NCBI GenBank assembly: GCA_038231275.1
Contig: JBBRLQ010000003.1
Span: 108,340 to 172,339 of the forward strand
Reading direction: 5' to 3'
DNA length: 64,000 nucleotides
Origin: Polyangiales bacterium
GTDB lineage: Bacteria; Myxococcota_A; Polyangia; Polyangiales; Polyangiaceae
The position numbers and the translations under genes are program-made. Position 1 is the first letter of the stretch, and each line of letters starts with the position of its first letter. A model generated the notes under the pieces. That model did not search any database, was not told the DNA's origin, and saw only the letters and a program-made list of their open reading frames with translations. This document shows positions 22,481 to 30,989 of this stretch, piece by piece.

Positions 22481-24538
22481 ATGCCCCGTCGCCCGCTCGC
22501 TGCCGTGCTCGTCCTCGGCCTCGGTCCCGCCCTCGCTGCCACGTCCGTCACGGCCTGCGCCCCCGACAAGCCGCCGGTCACGGTCATCGCACCGCCGGTC
22601 TCGCAGGTGCCGCCGTCGATGCAGCCCGAGCCGGCAACCGCCACGTCGCGCCCACCCGAGAAGGGGTACTCGGGCCACGGCGCCGAGAGTCTCTCGCCGG
22701 AGGTGATTGCGAAATTCGCGCCGCCCGCGCTTCCTCCCGAGCTGTCGCGCAAGATTCAATCGATGCTCGACGTGCGCGCGCCGAGCTCCGGTGTCCTCTC
22801 GCCCGACGGCAAGCGCCTCTTCTTCACGTGGGCCGTCACCGGCGTATCGCACGTGTGGCGCCTCGACGGACCGCAGCGCTTCCCCGTGCAGATGACCGGC
22901 GGTGAGGACGCGACCGGCATCGCCGCGGTCTCGCCCGACGGCAAGTACATCGTCCTCTCGCGCGATCGCAAGGGAGAGGAGTACCCCGGCCTCTACCTCC
23001 AGAGCGTCGAGGGCGGTCCGCTCACGGCCATCCAGCACAAGCCCAAGGTGCAGACGATCCTCGGCTTCGTCGCCGACGACAGCAAGAGCATCTACTTCCG
23101 CGCGAACGACAAGAAGCCCGACGCGTACGCCATCTACAAGTACGACGTCGCGTCGAAGAAATCCGAGCTCGTCTTCGACGAGGACGGGCTCTGGAGCGTC
23201 GACGATCACCGGCCTGACGGGCGCATGCTGCTGGCCAAGCACACCGGCGGCTCGTCGGAGGAGTACTTCGAGCTCGAGCCCAAGACGAAGAAGCTGACGC
23301 CGCTCTTCGGCCAAGGCGAAAAAGAGGAGTACGAGGCCCGCTACGCGCGCGATCCGAACGAGGTCCTCGTCATCACGCGCAAGCTCGCCGATTTCTCGCG
23401 CCTGTACCGCTGGAGCGCGGGCAAGTTCACGCCGGTAACGCCTGAGATGGCGCACGACGTCGAGGGCTTCCGCGTCGATCGCGCACGCGATCACGTGTTC
23501 TACGAGACCAACGACGGGGGCTTCACGCGCCTCGGCGCGCTCGACGGCAAGACGTACAAAGAGGCCAAAATCCCGGCATTTCCTGGCGCCGACCACGTGA
23601 TCATCGCGTCGACGACGGACGACGGAAAGTACGCGGTGCTGAGCGTCGGGACGAGCAAGGCGCCGTCGCAGAGCCACGTGCTCGAGTGGTCGACTGGCAA
23701 GATCATGCAGTGGCACTTGCCGAGCGCGCCGGAGATCGAGACGACGCGCTTCGCCCCGGCCCTGCTCGAGAGCTACCCGGCGCGCGACGGCACCAAGATC
23801 CCGATGTTCGTCCGCAGGCCCGAGGGGTGCGACAAAGCGGCCGACCCGTGCCCGGTCATCGTGGCGTTTCACGGCGGCCCGGAGGGGCAGGCGCGCCCCG
23901 GCTTCAGCACGCGAGCGCAGATCTTCGTCGACGCGGGCTTCGTGTACGCCGAGCCCAACGTGCGCGGCAGCGAGGGCTACGGCAAGCGCTGGGCGCACGC
24001 CGACGACGGGCCCAAGCGCCTCGCCGTCATTACCGACATCGAGGACGCGTCGAAATTCGTCCGCGCGAGCTGGGCGAAAAACGGCAAGGCCCCCAAGGTC
24101 GGCATCTTTGGCGGGAGCTACGGCGGGTACGCAACGTTGGTCGGCATGACCATGTTCGCGGGCGCGTACGACGCCGGCGCGTCGGTCGTCGGGATCTCGA
24201 GCCTCGTCACGTTCCTCGAGAACACCGCCCCCTACCGCCGCGCGCTCCGCTCGAGCGAGTACGGCGAGCTCGAGAAGGATCACGACGCGCTCGTGAAGCT
24301 CTCGCCCATCACGTACATCGACAAAGTGCAGGCGCCCCTCATCGTGCTCCAGGGCGCGAACGATCCGCGCGTGCCGGCCGGCGAGGCCCTCCAGATCCGC
24401 GAGGCGCTCGAGGCGCGGCACGTCCCGAACACCCTCATCATCTTTCCCGACGAGGGCCACGGCTCGCAGCGCCGAGAGAACCGCGTCCTCGAGATCGGCC
24501 ACGTGCTGCAATTTTTCCAGACGTATCTGAAGCGGTAG
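22481..24538 (+). CDS. S9-family prolyl oligopeptidase/dipeptidyl aminopeptidase-like serine peptidase with beta-propeller N-domain (lipoprotein)
   Basis: It has a signal peptide with lipobox (TSVTAC) and PD40-like propeller repeats (SPDGKRLFF, SPDGKYIVL). The catalytic domain has the GGSYGGY nucleophile motif plus the downstream QGANDPRV and DEGHG motifs. The first 341 codons of the track ORF overlap the PHP gene in another frame. Confidence 0.9.
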   Translation: MPRRPLAAVLVLGLGPALAATSVTACAPDKPPVTVIAPPVSQVPPSMQPEPATATSRPPEKGYSGHGAESLSPEVIAKFAPPALPPELSRKIQSMLDVRAPSSGVLSPDGKRLFFTWAVTGVSHVWRLDGPQRFPVQMTGGEDATGIAAVSPDGKYIVLSRDRKGEEYPGLYLQSVEGGPLTAIQHKPKVQTILGFVADDSKSIYFRANDKKPDAYAIYKYDVASKKSELVFDEDGLWSVDDHRPDGRMLLAKHTGGSSEEYFELEPKTKKLTPLFGQGEKEEYEARYARDPNEVLVITRKLADFSRLYRWSAGKFTPVTPEMAHDVEGFRVDRARDHVFYETNDGGFTRLGALDGKTYKEAKIPAFPGADHVIIASTTDDGKYAVLSVGTSKAPSQSHVLEWSTGKIMQWHLPSAPEIETTRFAPALLESYPARDGTKIPMFVRRPEGCDKAADPCPVIVAFHGGPEGQARPGFSTRAQIFVDAGFVYAEPNVRGSEGYGKRWAHADDGPKRLAVITDIEDASKFVRASWAKNGKAPKVGIFGGSYGGYATLVGMTMFAGAYDAGASVVGISSLVTFLENTAPYRRALRSSEYGELEKDHDALVKLSPITYIDKVQAPLIVLQGANDPRVPAGEALQIREALEARHVPNTLIIFPDEGHGSQRRENRVLEIGHVLQFFQTYLKR

Positions 24539-24628
24539 AGCAGACGTCGTTCGAGCGCTGCGGGCAAACGACTGGAGCGACCCACGAGGCGCATCCACGC
24601 GGGGAAAGTCGGTGTATTCTCCGCGCCG

Positions 24629-25429
24629 ATGATCCCCCGCGCGCTCCCCTCCATCCTCTCGCTCGCTTCGCTCGTCGCCCTCGCGTCCCTCGTCGCGTGC
24701 GACGATCCCAAGAAGGACAACGTGCCCGACGCGAAGTCCTACGTCCTGCCGACCTCGCTCGCGCCAGTGATGCCTGCGCCGACCGCGTCGGCTCCGCCGC
24801 CCAAGAAGAAGGTGGAGTGCGGGGCGAGCGGCGATCCGGTCATCGCCGACAAGGCGCTCGAGACCGAGATCCGGAAGAAGCTCGCGAAGGACGGCGGGAC
24901 AATCACGAAGGCCGATCTCGCGTCGGTCAAATCGATCAACCTGACGAGCGCGGCAGTGAATGAGCTCGATCCGTGCGTCTTTCCGCTGCTGACGGGGATG
25001 AAGGATCTCTTCCTCGGCCCCGGAGATCTCGAGGATCTCACGCCGCTCTCCACGCTGTCCGGGCTCATGACGCTTCGCGCGGCGATCAACAAGGTGAGCG
25101 ACATCAAGGCGCTGTCAGGGCTAACCAAGATGGACCGACTCGATCTTGGCCGCACGCAGGTGATGGATCTGTCGCCGATCGGCAACATGACCGCGCTGAC
25201 CGAGCTTCAGCTCGACGAGACGCCGGTGAGCGATCTGTCACCGCTGCGCGCGTGCACGAAGCTCGAGAAGGTGTCGATCAAGCAGACGCGCGTGAAAGAT
25301 CTGACGCCGTTGAAGGACATGAAGAAGCTTCGGTTCCTCTATATCGAGGGCGCGCCCATCGACAACCCCGCGGTGCTCGATCCCTTGGTGAGCAGCGGCC
25401 TCCGCATCGTGCGGACTGGGAACAAGTAG
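24629..25429 (+). CDS. leucine-rich repeat (internalin-like) lipoprotein
   Basis: It has a lipobox (ASLVAC). About seven 22-aa LRRs follow (L..L..L..L.L....V.DLSPL). Confidence 0.85.
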   Translation: MIPRALPSILSLASLVALASLVACDDPKKDNVPDAKSYVLPTSLAPVMPAPTASAPPPKKKVECGASGDPVIADKALETEIRKKLAKDGGTITKADLASVKSINLTSAAVNELDPCVFPLLTGMKDLFLGPGDLEDLTPLSTLSGLMTLRAAINKVSDIKALSGLTKMDRLDLGRTQVMDLSPIGNMTALTELQLDETPVSDLSPLRACTKLEKVSIKQTRVKDLTPLKDMKKLRFLYIEGAPIDNPAVLDPLVSSGLRIVRTGNK

Positions 25430-25441
25430 CGCCGCTGTTTG

Positions 25442-26815
25442 TCAGCGCTGGGGGACGAACTTCACCGGCACGTCGATGACGGCCGAGCCGCCTTCGGGTT
25501 TCTCGAACTCGGCGGTCGCGACCTTGCGCTGGATGCACGACGCGACCTCGGGCGAGAGGCCGTTTTGCGCGACGATCGTGGCAGTGTCGACCTCGCCGGT
25601 CGCGCGGAGGCGGGCGCGGATGGTGACGTCGCCGGCCATCATGGGGTCTTTCTGGAGACCGAGCTCGTAGCAGCGGCGGAACGCGGGGCGAAGGGCGAGA
25701 ATGGTGCGCTCGGCGGAGGGGACGCGCGACATGGCGACCACCGGGTGCGCGTCGAAGGTGTAGTGCGGGCCGGGGGTGTCTTTGATGGCGACGTGATCGT
25801 TGCCATCCTTCTGTGTTTGGCCGACCACGCTCGCCAGATCGGTGCGGCGCGCGGACGGATCGATGGGGCTCGCGGTGTGGAGCGTGAGATCGCCGCCCGT
25901 CGCGATTGGCGCGTCGGCGCGGTCGAGCGAGACGGGGGGGATGTTGCTGCGCGCGAGCGCGGCGGCGAGGGCGCTGCTTCCAGGATCGGTCGTCGCGAGG
26001 AGATCGAGGCGCATGCGCTCGGCGGCCTCGACGAGACCGGCGTTGGGATCGCGCGCGGGGCGAGCGTCGCTGCGCCGGCCGTTCGGCGCAGGGCTCGGCG
26101 GAGCGTTCGTCGGCGTCGTGGCGGTCGTCGTCGCGACCGGAGTGGGCGGGGCCTTGTCGGGATCTTCGACGATCGGGGGCGGCATCGGGCGACTGATGTC
26201 GACGAGGCCCTGCACGGTGAACGACTCGTCGACGACGCGATCGCTCCAGTCCGAGTACATCGCGCCGACGACTCCGAAGTGGAGGAGGAAGCTCATCGCG
26301 ACGAGGATCGTCAGCGGCCAATCGACTGAGTCCACGAAGGTCTTCTGCACCGCGAGCGGCAGCATCGGACGCGCGGCGTGCGCCGGAGCCTCGACGAGCT
26401 GGAAGAGGAGCGTCGCGTCACCGATCGCGAGGCGCCCGCGCGCGTCGACGTCGAGGCGCACAGCGCTGCCGAGCGACGTCACGTCGCGGACGGCGCCGTC
26501 GATGGCGATCCGCCCGCGAAGGCCGGGCAGCGGATGCAGCGTGAAACGCCCATTTTTCTCGGTGAACAAGCGATGCGTGCGCGACAGCCCGGCGACCACG
26601 AACGACGCGTCCTCGGCCTCGCCGATCGACAGCGCGCCCGCCTTGAGGAGTCGCTCGTCGACGACGTTCCCGTCACGCACGAGTCCGACACGCAGCGCTT
26701 TCGGTCCGTGCTCGCGGACGGCGCGGGCGGCCGCGGCCCGCATCACCGCGGTCATCTGACCTAGCGGCGCGTTCGAACGTGCTTGCGTGGACTTGGACGT
26801 GGGCGCGGGGTGCAT
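25442..26815 (-). CDS. membrane protein with Pro-rich spacer and AgmX/PglI-type (TonB-C-like, Cys-pair) C-terminal domain
   Basis: It has a single TM helix (WPLTILVAMSFLLHFGVVGA) and a Pro/Thr-rich region. The C-terminus reads FRRCYELGLQKDP...VASCIQRKV...VPVKF. ATG at 26815 is preceded by GGAGGA. Confidence 0.7.
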   Translation of the reverse strand: MHPAPTSKSTQARSNAPLGQMTAVMRAAAARAVREHGPKALRVGLVRDGNVVDERLLKAGALSIGEAEDASFVVAGLSRTHRLFTEKNGRFTLHPLPGLRGRIAIDGAVRDVTSLGSAVRLDVDARGRLAIGDATLLFQLVEAPAHAARPMLPLAVQKTFVDSVDWPLTILVAMSFLLHFGVVGAMYSDWSDRVVDESFTVQGLVDISRPMPPPIVEDPDKAPPTPVATTTATTPTNAPPSPAPNGRRSDARPARDPNAGLVEAAERMRLDLLATTDPGSSALAAALARSNIPPVSLDRADAPIATGGDLTLHTASPIDPSARRTDLASVVGQTQKDGNDHVAIKDTPGPHYTFDAHPVVAMSRVPSAERTILALRPAFRRCYELGLQKDPMMAGDVTIRARLRATGEVDTATIVAQNGLSPEVASCIQRKVATAEFEKPEGGSAVIDVPVKFVPQR

Positions 26816-26945
26816 GGTCTCCTCCAAAACGGGGACATCGACAGGGGTCGACGTGTGAGACCGCGCCGCGCGCGCGAAGTTCCCGCAAAGCGCGGGGACC
26901 ATGCACCTACATGAGGAGCGTCCTACATGAGGAGCATCCTGAGAG

Positions 26946-27698
26946 TTACTTCTTCCACAGGGCGATGCCGCCCAGGAGGCCCGCGATGTTCTCGGTGACC
27001 TTCACGTTGGAGGGCAGCTTCAGCTTCAGGTGCTTCGCGTTTCCGCCGCCGAGGAAAATCTGGCGCGGGTTCCAGATCGGGTTCACCTGCGCGATGACCT
27101 GACCGACGCGCTTGTTCCACTTCTTCTTCCCGACGTCGTCGAGGGCCTTCGCGCCGACGTACTCCTCGTACGTCTTGCCCTTCTTGAAGGGATGGTGCGC
27201 AAGCTCCAAGTTGGGCACGTACGTCCCGTTGACGAAGAGCGCGCAGCCGAGCCCCGTGCCGAGCGTGAGGACCATCTCGACGCCGTGGCCTTCGATGACG
27301 CCGTAGCCTTGGACGCCCGCGTCGTTCAAGACGCGCACGGGCCTTCGCGTGTGCGACGCGAGCGTGCCTGCGAGATCGAAGCCGGCCCACTTCGGGTGCA
27401 GGTTCGGCGCGGTCTTGGTGACGCCGTCGACGACGACGCCGGGAAATCCCACGCTCACGCGATCGAAATCGCCGAGCGGCTCGATGAGGCCGATGAGCTT
27501 GCGGAGGATGGCGTTCGGCGTCGCGGGCCGCGGCGTCTCGACGCGCGCGCGCTCGGTCAATGCTTCTCCGGCGGCGCCGAGGACCAGGGCCTTCAAGCCC
27601 GTGCCTCCGACGTCGATGCAGAGGGTTCGCGTTCCGGGACCGGTCTTGGTGGGCGCGACGCGGAGGCTCTTGGCGCGCTTGGGCGGGGTTCGTGCCAT
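26946..27698 (-). CDS. ROK-family sugar kinase (polyphosphate glucokinase-like)
   Basis: ROK/PpgK pattern is present (LCIDVGGTGLKA, VLNDAGVQGYG, LGTGLGCALF). Confidence 0.85.
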   Translation of the reverse strand: MARTPPKRAKSLRVAPTKTGPGTRTLCIDVGGTGLKALVLGAAGEALTERARVETPRPATPNAILRKLIGLIEPLGDFDRVSVGFPGVVVDGVTKTAPNLHPKWAGFDLAGTLASHTRRPVRVLNDAGVQGYGVIEGHGVEMVLTLGTGLGCALFVNGTYVPNLELAHHPFKKGKTYEEYVGAKALDDVGKKKWNKRVGQVIAQVNPIWNPRQIFLGGGNAKHLKLKLPSNVKVTENIAGLLGGIALWKK

Positions 27699-27727
27699 CG
27701 GGCGAGTGTACAGGCTATCGTTGCCGC

Positions 27728-29593
27728 GTGGTGCGGAGCTGGAGCCTCGTCCTCTCCCTCGTGGTGGCGGGCGTCGTCGCCTGCGGCGCTCCTTCCAGGG
27801 CGCCTTCCCAGGCGCAATCGCTAGGGCGCGCCGCGTCGGCCGCCCCAGGCGCACGCGGAATCGTCTCGAGCAACGTTCGTCGCGTCGACTATGCCGGCTC
27901 CGCCGCGTGCGCAGGTTGCCATGCGGACCTTGCACGCGCGTTCGCGGCGTCGCCGATGCACACGATGACGCGCGCGATCGACGGCGCGGTCGTCCACGCT
28001 CCCTTCGACGGGACCGTCTTTCGCTTCAACGACGAGACGGTGACGCTCGACACGCGCGCTGGCGCGCGATGGGTTCACGTCGACACCGCCGAACGAGCGC
28101 GCCAGAGCTACCGCGTCACGCGCGTCATCGGCGGACGCGTCCGCGAGGATTTCGCCGGCGCGATCGGCGACGGCGGCGAGGAACGTGTTCTCCCGGTCTC
28201 GTACCTCATTGCGAAGAAGACGCTCCGCTACAAGGGCTACTCCGTCATGGTCCGCGAGCGCAGCCACCTCGCTGACGGCGCCGTGTGGAACCAGACCTGC
28301 ATTTTCTGTCACAACACGAGCCCGATGCTCCTCTCGGTCATGGGCGCCGTCGTGGCGCGACCGGCGTCTTACCAAGGCGTGCAGGTCGATCGGCTGCTTC
28401 CATCCGAGCGTCGCTGGTCGTACGAGATCACCGACGAGCGCGCCTTCTCGCGCGCGATCTCCGCAGAAATTAGGGCGATCGGCGGCGAGGTGGACGACGC
28501 GTCGCCGAAGCGCGCGGCCGCGCAGGGCATCACCGAGACGCGCGCCCGCTTTCGCGCGAAAGATCTCGTCGAGCTTGGGATTGGATGCGAAGCGTGCCAC
28601 GGGGGCAGCGCCGAGCACGTGAAGGCGCCGGGAGTTCGTCCGACGTTCCTTCCGACGAGCCCCTTCGTACGCGTGCGCGAAGGGACGACGCGCGCCGAGC
28701 AGATCTCCCACGCGTGCGCGCGCTGCCATCAAGTCCTCTTCTCGCGGTACCCATGGACGTGGGAAGGCGGCCGTCGCGATGGCCAGCGCCTCGGAGGAAG
28801 CAACATCAACTCCGGCGAGGCGCGCGACATGCTCCTCGGTGGCTGCGCGAAGGGCCTCGCGTGCCCCGCCTGCCACGATCCGCACGCGAAGGACGACCAC
28901 GCGCGCGAGCGGGCGATCGAGAAGCCCTCCGGAAACGGCGTGTGCACCGGCTGCCACGCCGCGTACGCGACGAAGGACGCCCTCGCGAAGCACGCGCATC
29001 ACTCGCCCGACGGCGCGGCCGGCGCCTGCATCGCCTGCCACATGCCCAAGAAGAACATGAGCCTCGCCTCAGGTCTCACCCGCTACCACCGCATCGGCTC
29101 GCCCACAGATCCGATGCGCGTCATGCTCGACCGCCCGCTCGAGTGCGCGCTCTGCCACGCGGACAAATCCGTCGAGCAGGTGGCAACCGACATGGAACGC
29201 CTCTGGGGCAAGCACTACGAGCGCGAGACCCTTCGTGCGCTCTACGGCGGGCTCGAAGTGAATGTGCTGCTCGCCACCGCCGCGCTCGGCAAGCCCCACG
29301 AACAGGCCGTTGCGCTCTTCGTCCTCGCCGAAAAAAAGCGGGCCGACGCCGCTCCCGTCGCGCTCGCAGCGCTGTCCCATCGTTATCCCCTAGTGCGCGA
29401 GTACGCCCGCGACGCGCTCCAATCGATCCTCGGCCGCGCCTGTCCAGTGGACGTGTACCAACCGGCCGATCGAGTCCGGGCCGCGGCCAAAAAATGCGGG
29501 GAATTTTCCCTTATCGCGCCTCTTCCGGCACAACATCACCATGAAGGCACCCCCGAACCGCCCCGCGACGACGCCGACGACGGCGAGGACTGA
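27728..29593 (+). CDS. octaheme c-type cytochrome lipoprotein with helical-repeat C-terminus
   Basis: I counted eight CxxCH motifs by eye (CAGCH, CIFCH, CEACH, CARCH, CPACH, CTGCH, CIACH, CALCH). GTG start gives the signal/lipobox VVRSWSLVLSLVVAGVVAC. Confidence 0.85.
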   Translation: MVRSWSLVLSLVVAGVVACGAPSRAPSQAQSLGRAASAAPGARGIVSSNVRRVDYAGSAACAGCHADLARAFAASPMHTMTRAIDGAVVHAPFDGTVFRFNDETVTLDTRAGARWVHVDTAERARQSYRVTRVIGGRVREDFAGAIGDGGEERVLPVSYLIAKKTLRYKGYSVMVRERSHLADGAVWNQTCIFCHNTSPMLLSVMGAVVARPASYQGVQVDRLLPSERRWSYEITDERAFSRAISAEIRAIGGEVDDASPKRAAAQGITETRARFRAKDLVELGIGCEACHGGSAEHVKAPGVRPTFLPTSPFVRVREGTTRAEQISHACARCHQVLFSRYPWTWEGGRRDGQRLGGSNINSGEARDMLLGGCAKGLACPACHDPHAKDDHARERAIEKPSGNGVCTGCHAAYATKDALAKHAHHSPDGAAGACIACHMPKKNMSLASGLTRYHRIGSPTDPMRVMLDRPLECALCHADKSVEQVATDMERLWGKHYERETLRALYGGLEVNVLLATAALGKPHEQAVALFVLAEKKRADAAPVALAALSHRYPLVREYARDALQSILGRACPVDVYQPADRVRAAAKKCGEFSLIAPLPAQHHHEGTPEPPRDDADDGED

Positions 29594-29620
29594 ACGGTGG
29601 TACCGTCACGGTCAGGTGGG

Positions 29621-30862
29621 ATGGCGATGAGGTTTCTGTACGGCGATTCGAGCCCGTTTCCGCTGCAGTACAACTTCCTGCAGACCCTCGAGGTCTTCAT
29701 GGCGTCGGGGACTCGCATCGTCGAGCTCGACGCCCAATCGCGCCGCGCGCAGACGCAGATCGGCGAGAGCTCGAACATGCGCGTGCGGGGGGTCGAAGCG
29801 CTCGACAACTTCCACCAGGCCGTCATGCGCGCGCTCAGGGACACGTCATCCCGCGCGACCGACAGCCTCACCGTCGACTACGCCCAGCAGCTCTCCGAGT
29901 ACGCCAACCGAATCGTCGAGGGGGCGCGCGCGCAGGCCACGTCGGCCACCGAGCGCGAGCTCGCGCAGGCCAACGCCGAGACCGAGCGCCGCCGGGTGGA
30001 AATCCGCGGCGCGATCGAAGCGTTCTTCAAGGTCGCGAAGCTGCCGGTCCTCGGCGCCACGATCGCGATGCGCCTCCCGCTCGCCAAAGAGCCCACGCAC
30101 GAGATGAGCGCCGTCATCTCGTTCGCGGAGGGCATCGTCGTCGGCTACACGCTCGTCGGCGACGCGCTCCCCGAGTGGCGCCACCCGCGAAAAATCAGCG
30201 AGTTCGCGCAAGGCATCAACCTCATGGTGGGCGCCAAGAAGAGCTGGTTCAAGAAGAGCGTCCAGCCGGAGCTGGTCGCCCTCGACGACCACATCTTGAG
30301 CGGCTTCGAGCTCTCGGACGACGCGGCGTTCCTCCGTCTCCGCAAGCGCCCCGAGCTGCCCGACGCGTACCTCTTCACGGTCCGCCGCGTCGACACGAAC
30401 CTCCTCGCGGAGGTCCAGTACGTCGACGATCCGGAGGCCCAGGGCCAGATGCCGACCGCCGTCGACGCCGGTGACCGCGTGCACCTCGAGCGCCTCTGGC
30501 AAATCCTGAGGAAGAGCGTCAACCCCGCCCTCGAGCACAAGACGCGCGTGGTCTCGATCCACCTCGACGGCGAAGAGATCTTCGCGAGCGACAAGGTCCT
30601 CGCCCTCGTCACGCGCCTCATCAAGATGCTCGCGCCGACGGTCGCCGAGATCGCGCGCCGCAGCCCGAACCAGCAAGAGCTGTCGCTCAAGATCGAGCAC
30701 GACGGCGGCCGTCGCGAAGAGATCTACGTGAAGAAGCAGGATCTCGTCGCCAAGCTCATCCCCCTCGCGCCGCCGGAGATCCAGGTCTTCGCCCCGCTCG
30801 CGCTGGGCCAGGCGGAGCCGTCGGTGATCACCACGATCCCGACGATCTCCACGGAAGACTGA
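29621..30862 (+). CDS. hypothetical protein (413 aa) between the cytochrome and the MVP homologue
   Basis: The long ORF has genome-typical GC3 and a coiled-coil-like N-terminal third. I recognise no family. It starts 27 nt after the cytochrome stop and ends 127 nt before the MVP start. The start could be 29597, 29621 or 29627. Confidence 0.6.
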   Translation: MAMRFLYGDSSPFPLQYNFLQTLEVFMASGTRIVELDAQSRRAQTQIGESSNMRVRGVEALDNFHQAVMRALRDTSSRATDSLTVDYAQQLSEYANRIVEGARAQATSATERELAQANAETERRRVEIRGAIEAFFKVAKLPVLGATIAMRLPLAKEPTHEMSAVISFAEGIVVGYTLVGDALPEWRHPRKISEFAQGINLMVGAKKSWFKKSVQPELVALDDHILSGFELSDDAAFLRLRKRPELPDAYLFTVRRVDTNLLAEVQYVDDPEAQGQMPTAVDAGDRVHLERLWQILRKSVNPALEHKTRVVSIHLDGEEIFASDKVLALVTRLIKMLAPTVAEIARRSPNQQELSLKIEHDGGRREEIYVKKQDLVAKLIPLAPPEIQVFAPLALGQAEPSVITTIPTISTED

Positions 30863-30989
30863 CGCCGGTTCGTTTCGGAGCGACCGCGCGAAAATCGAGC
30901 GCCTCGCGCGCCGGTGGAACGCCCGAAAAATAGGCCTATTGGCGCGGCACGGCGCGTGCTCCTCGGGACGGGGAAGGAGCACTCATCGC

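Noticed and set aside
21458-24538. 1026-aa ORF implying a much longer S9 peptidase; similarly 8876-11287 (803 aa) for the propeller lipoprotein
   Set aside because: The N-terminal extensions overlap the preceding genes in a different frame and translate to Arg/Ser-rich nonsense. Internal ATGs (22481; 9248) give proper signal peptides with lipoboxes.
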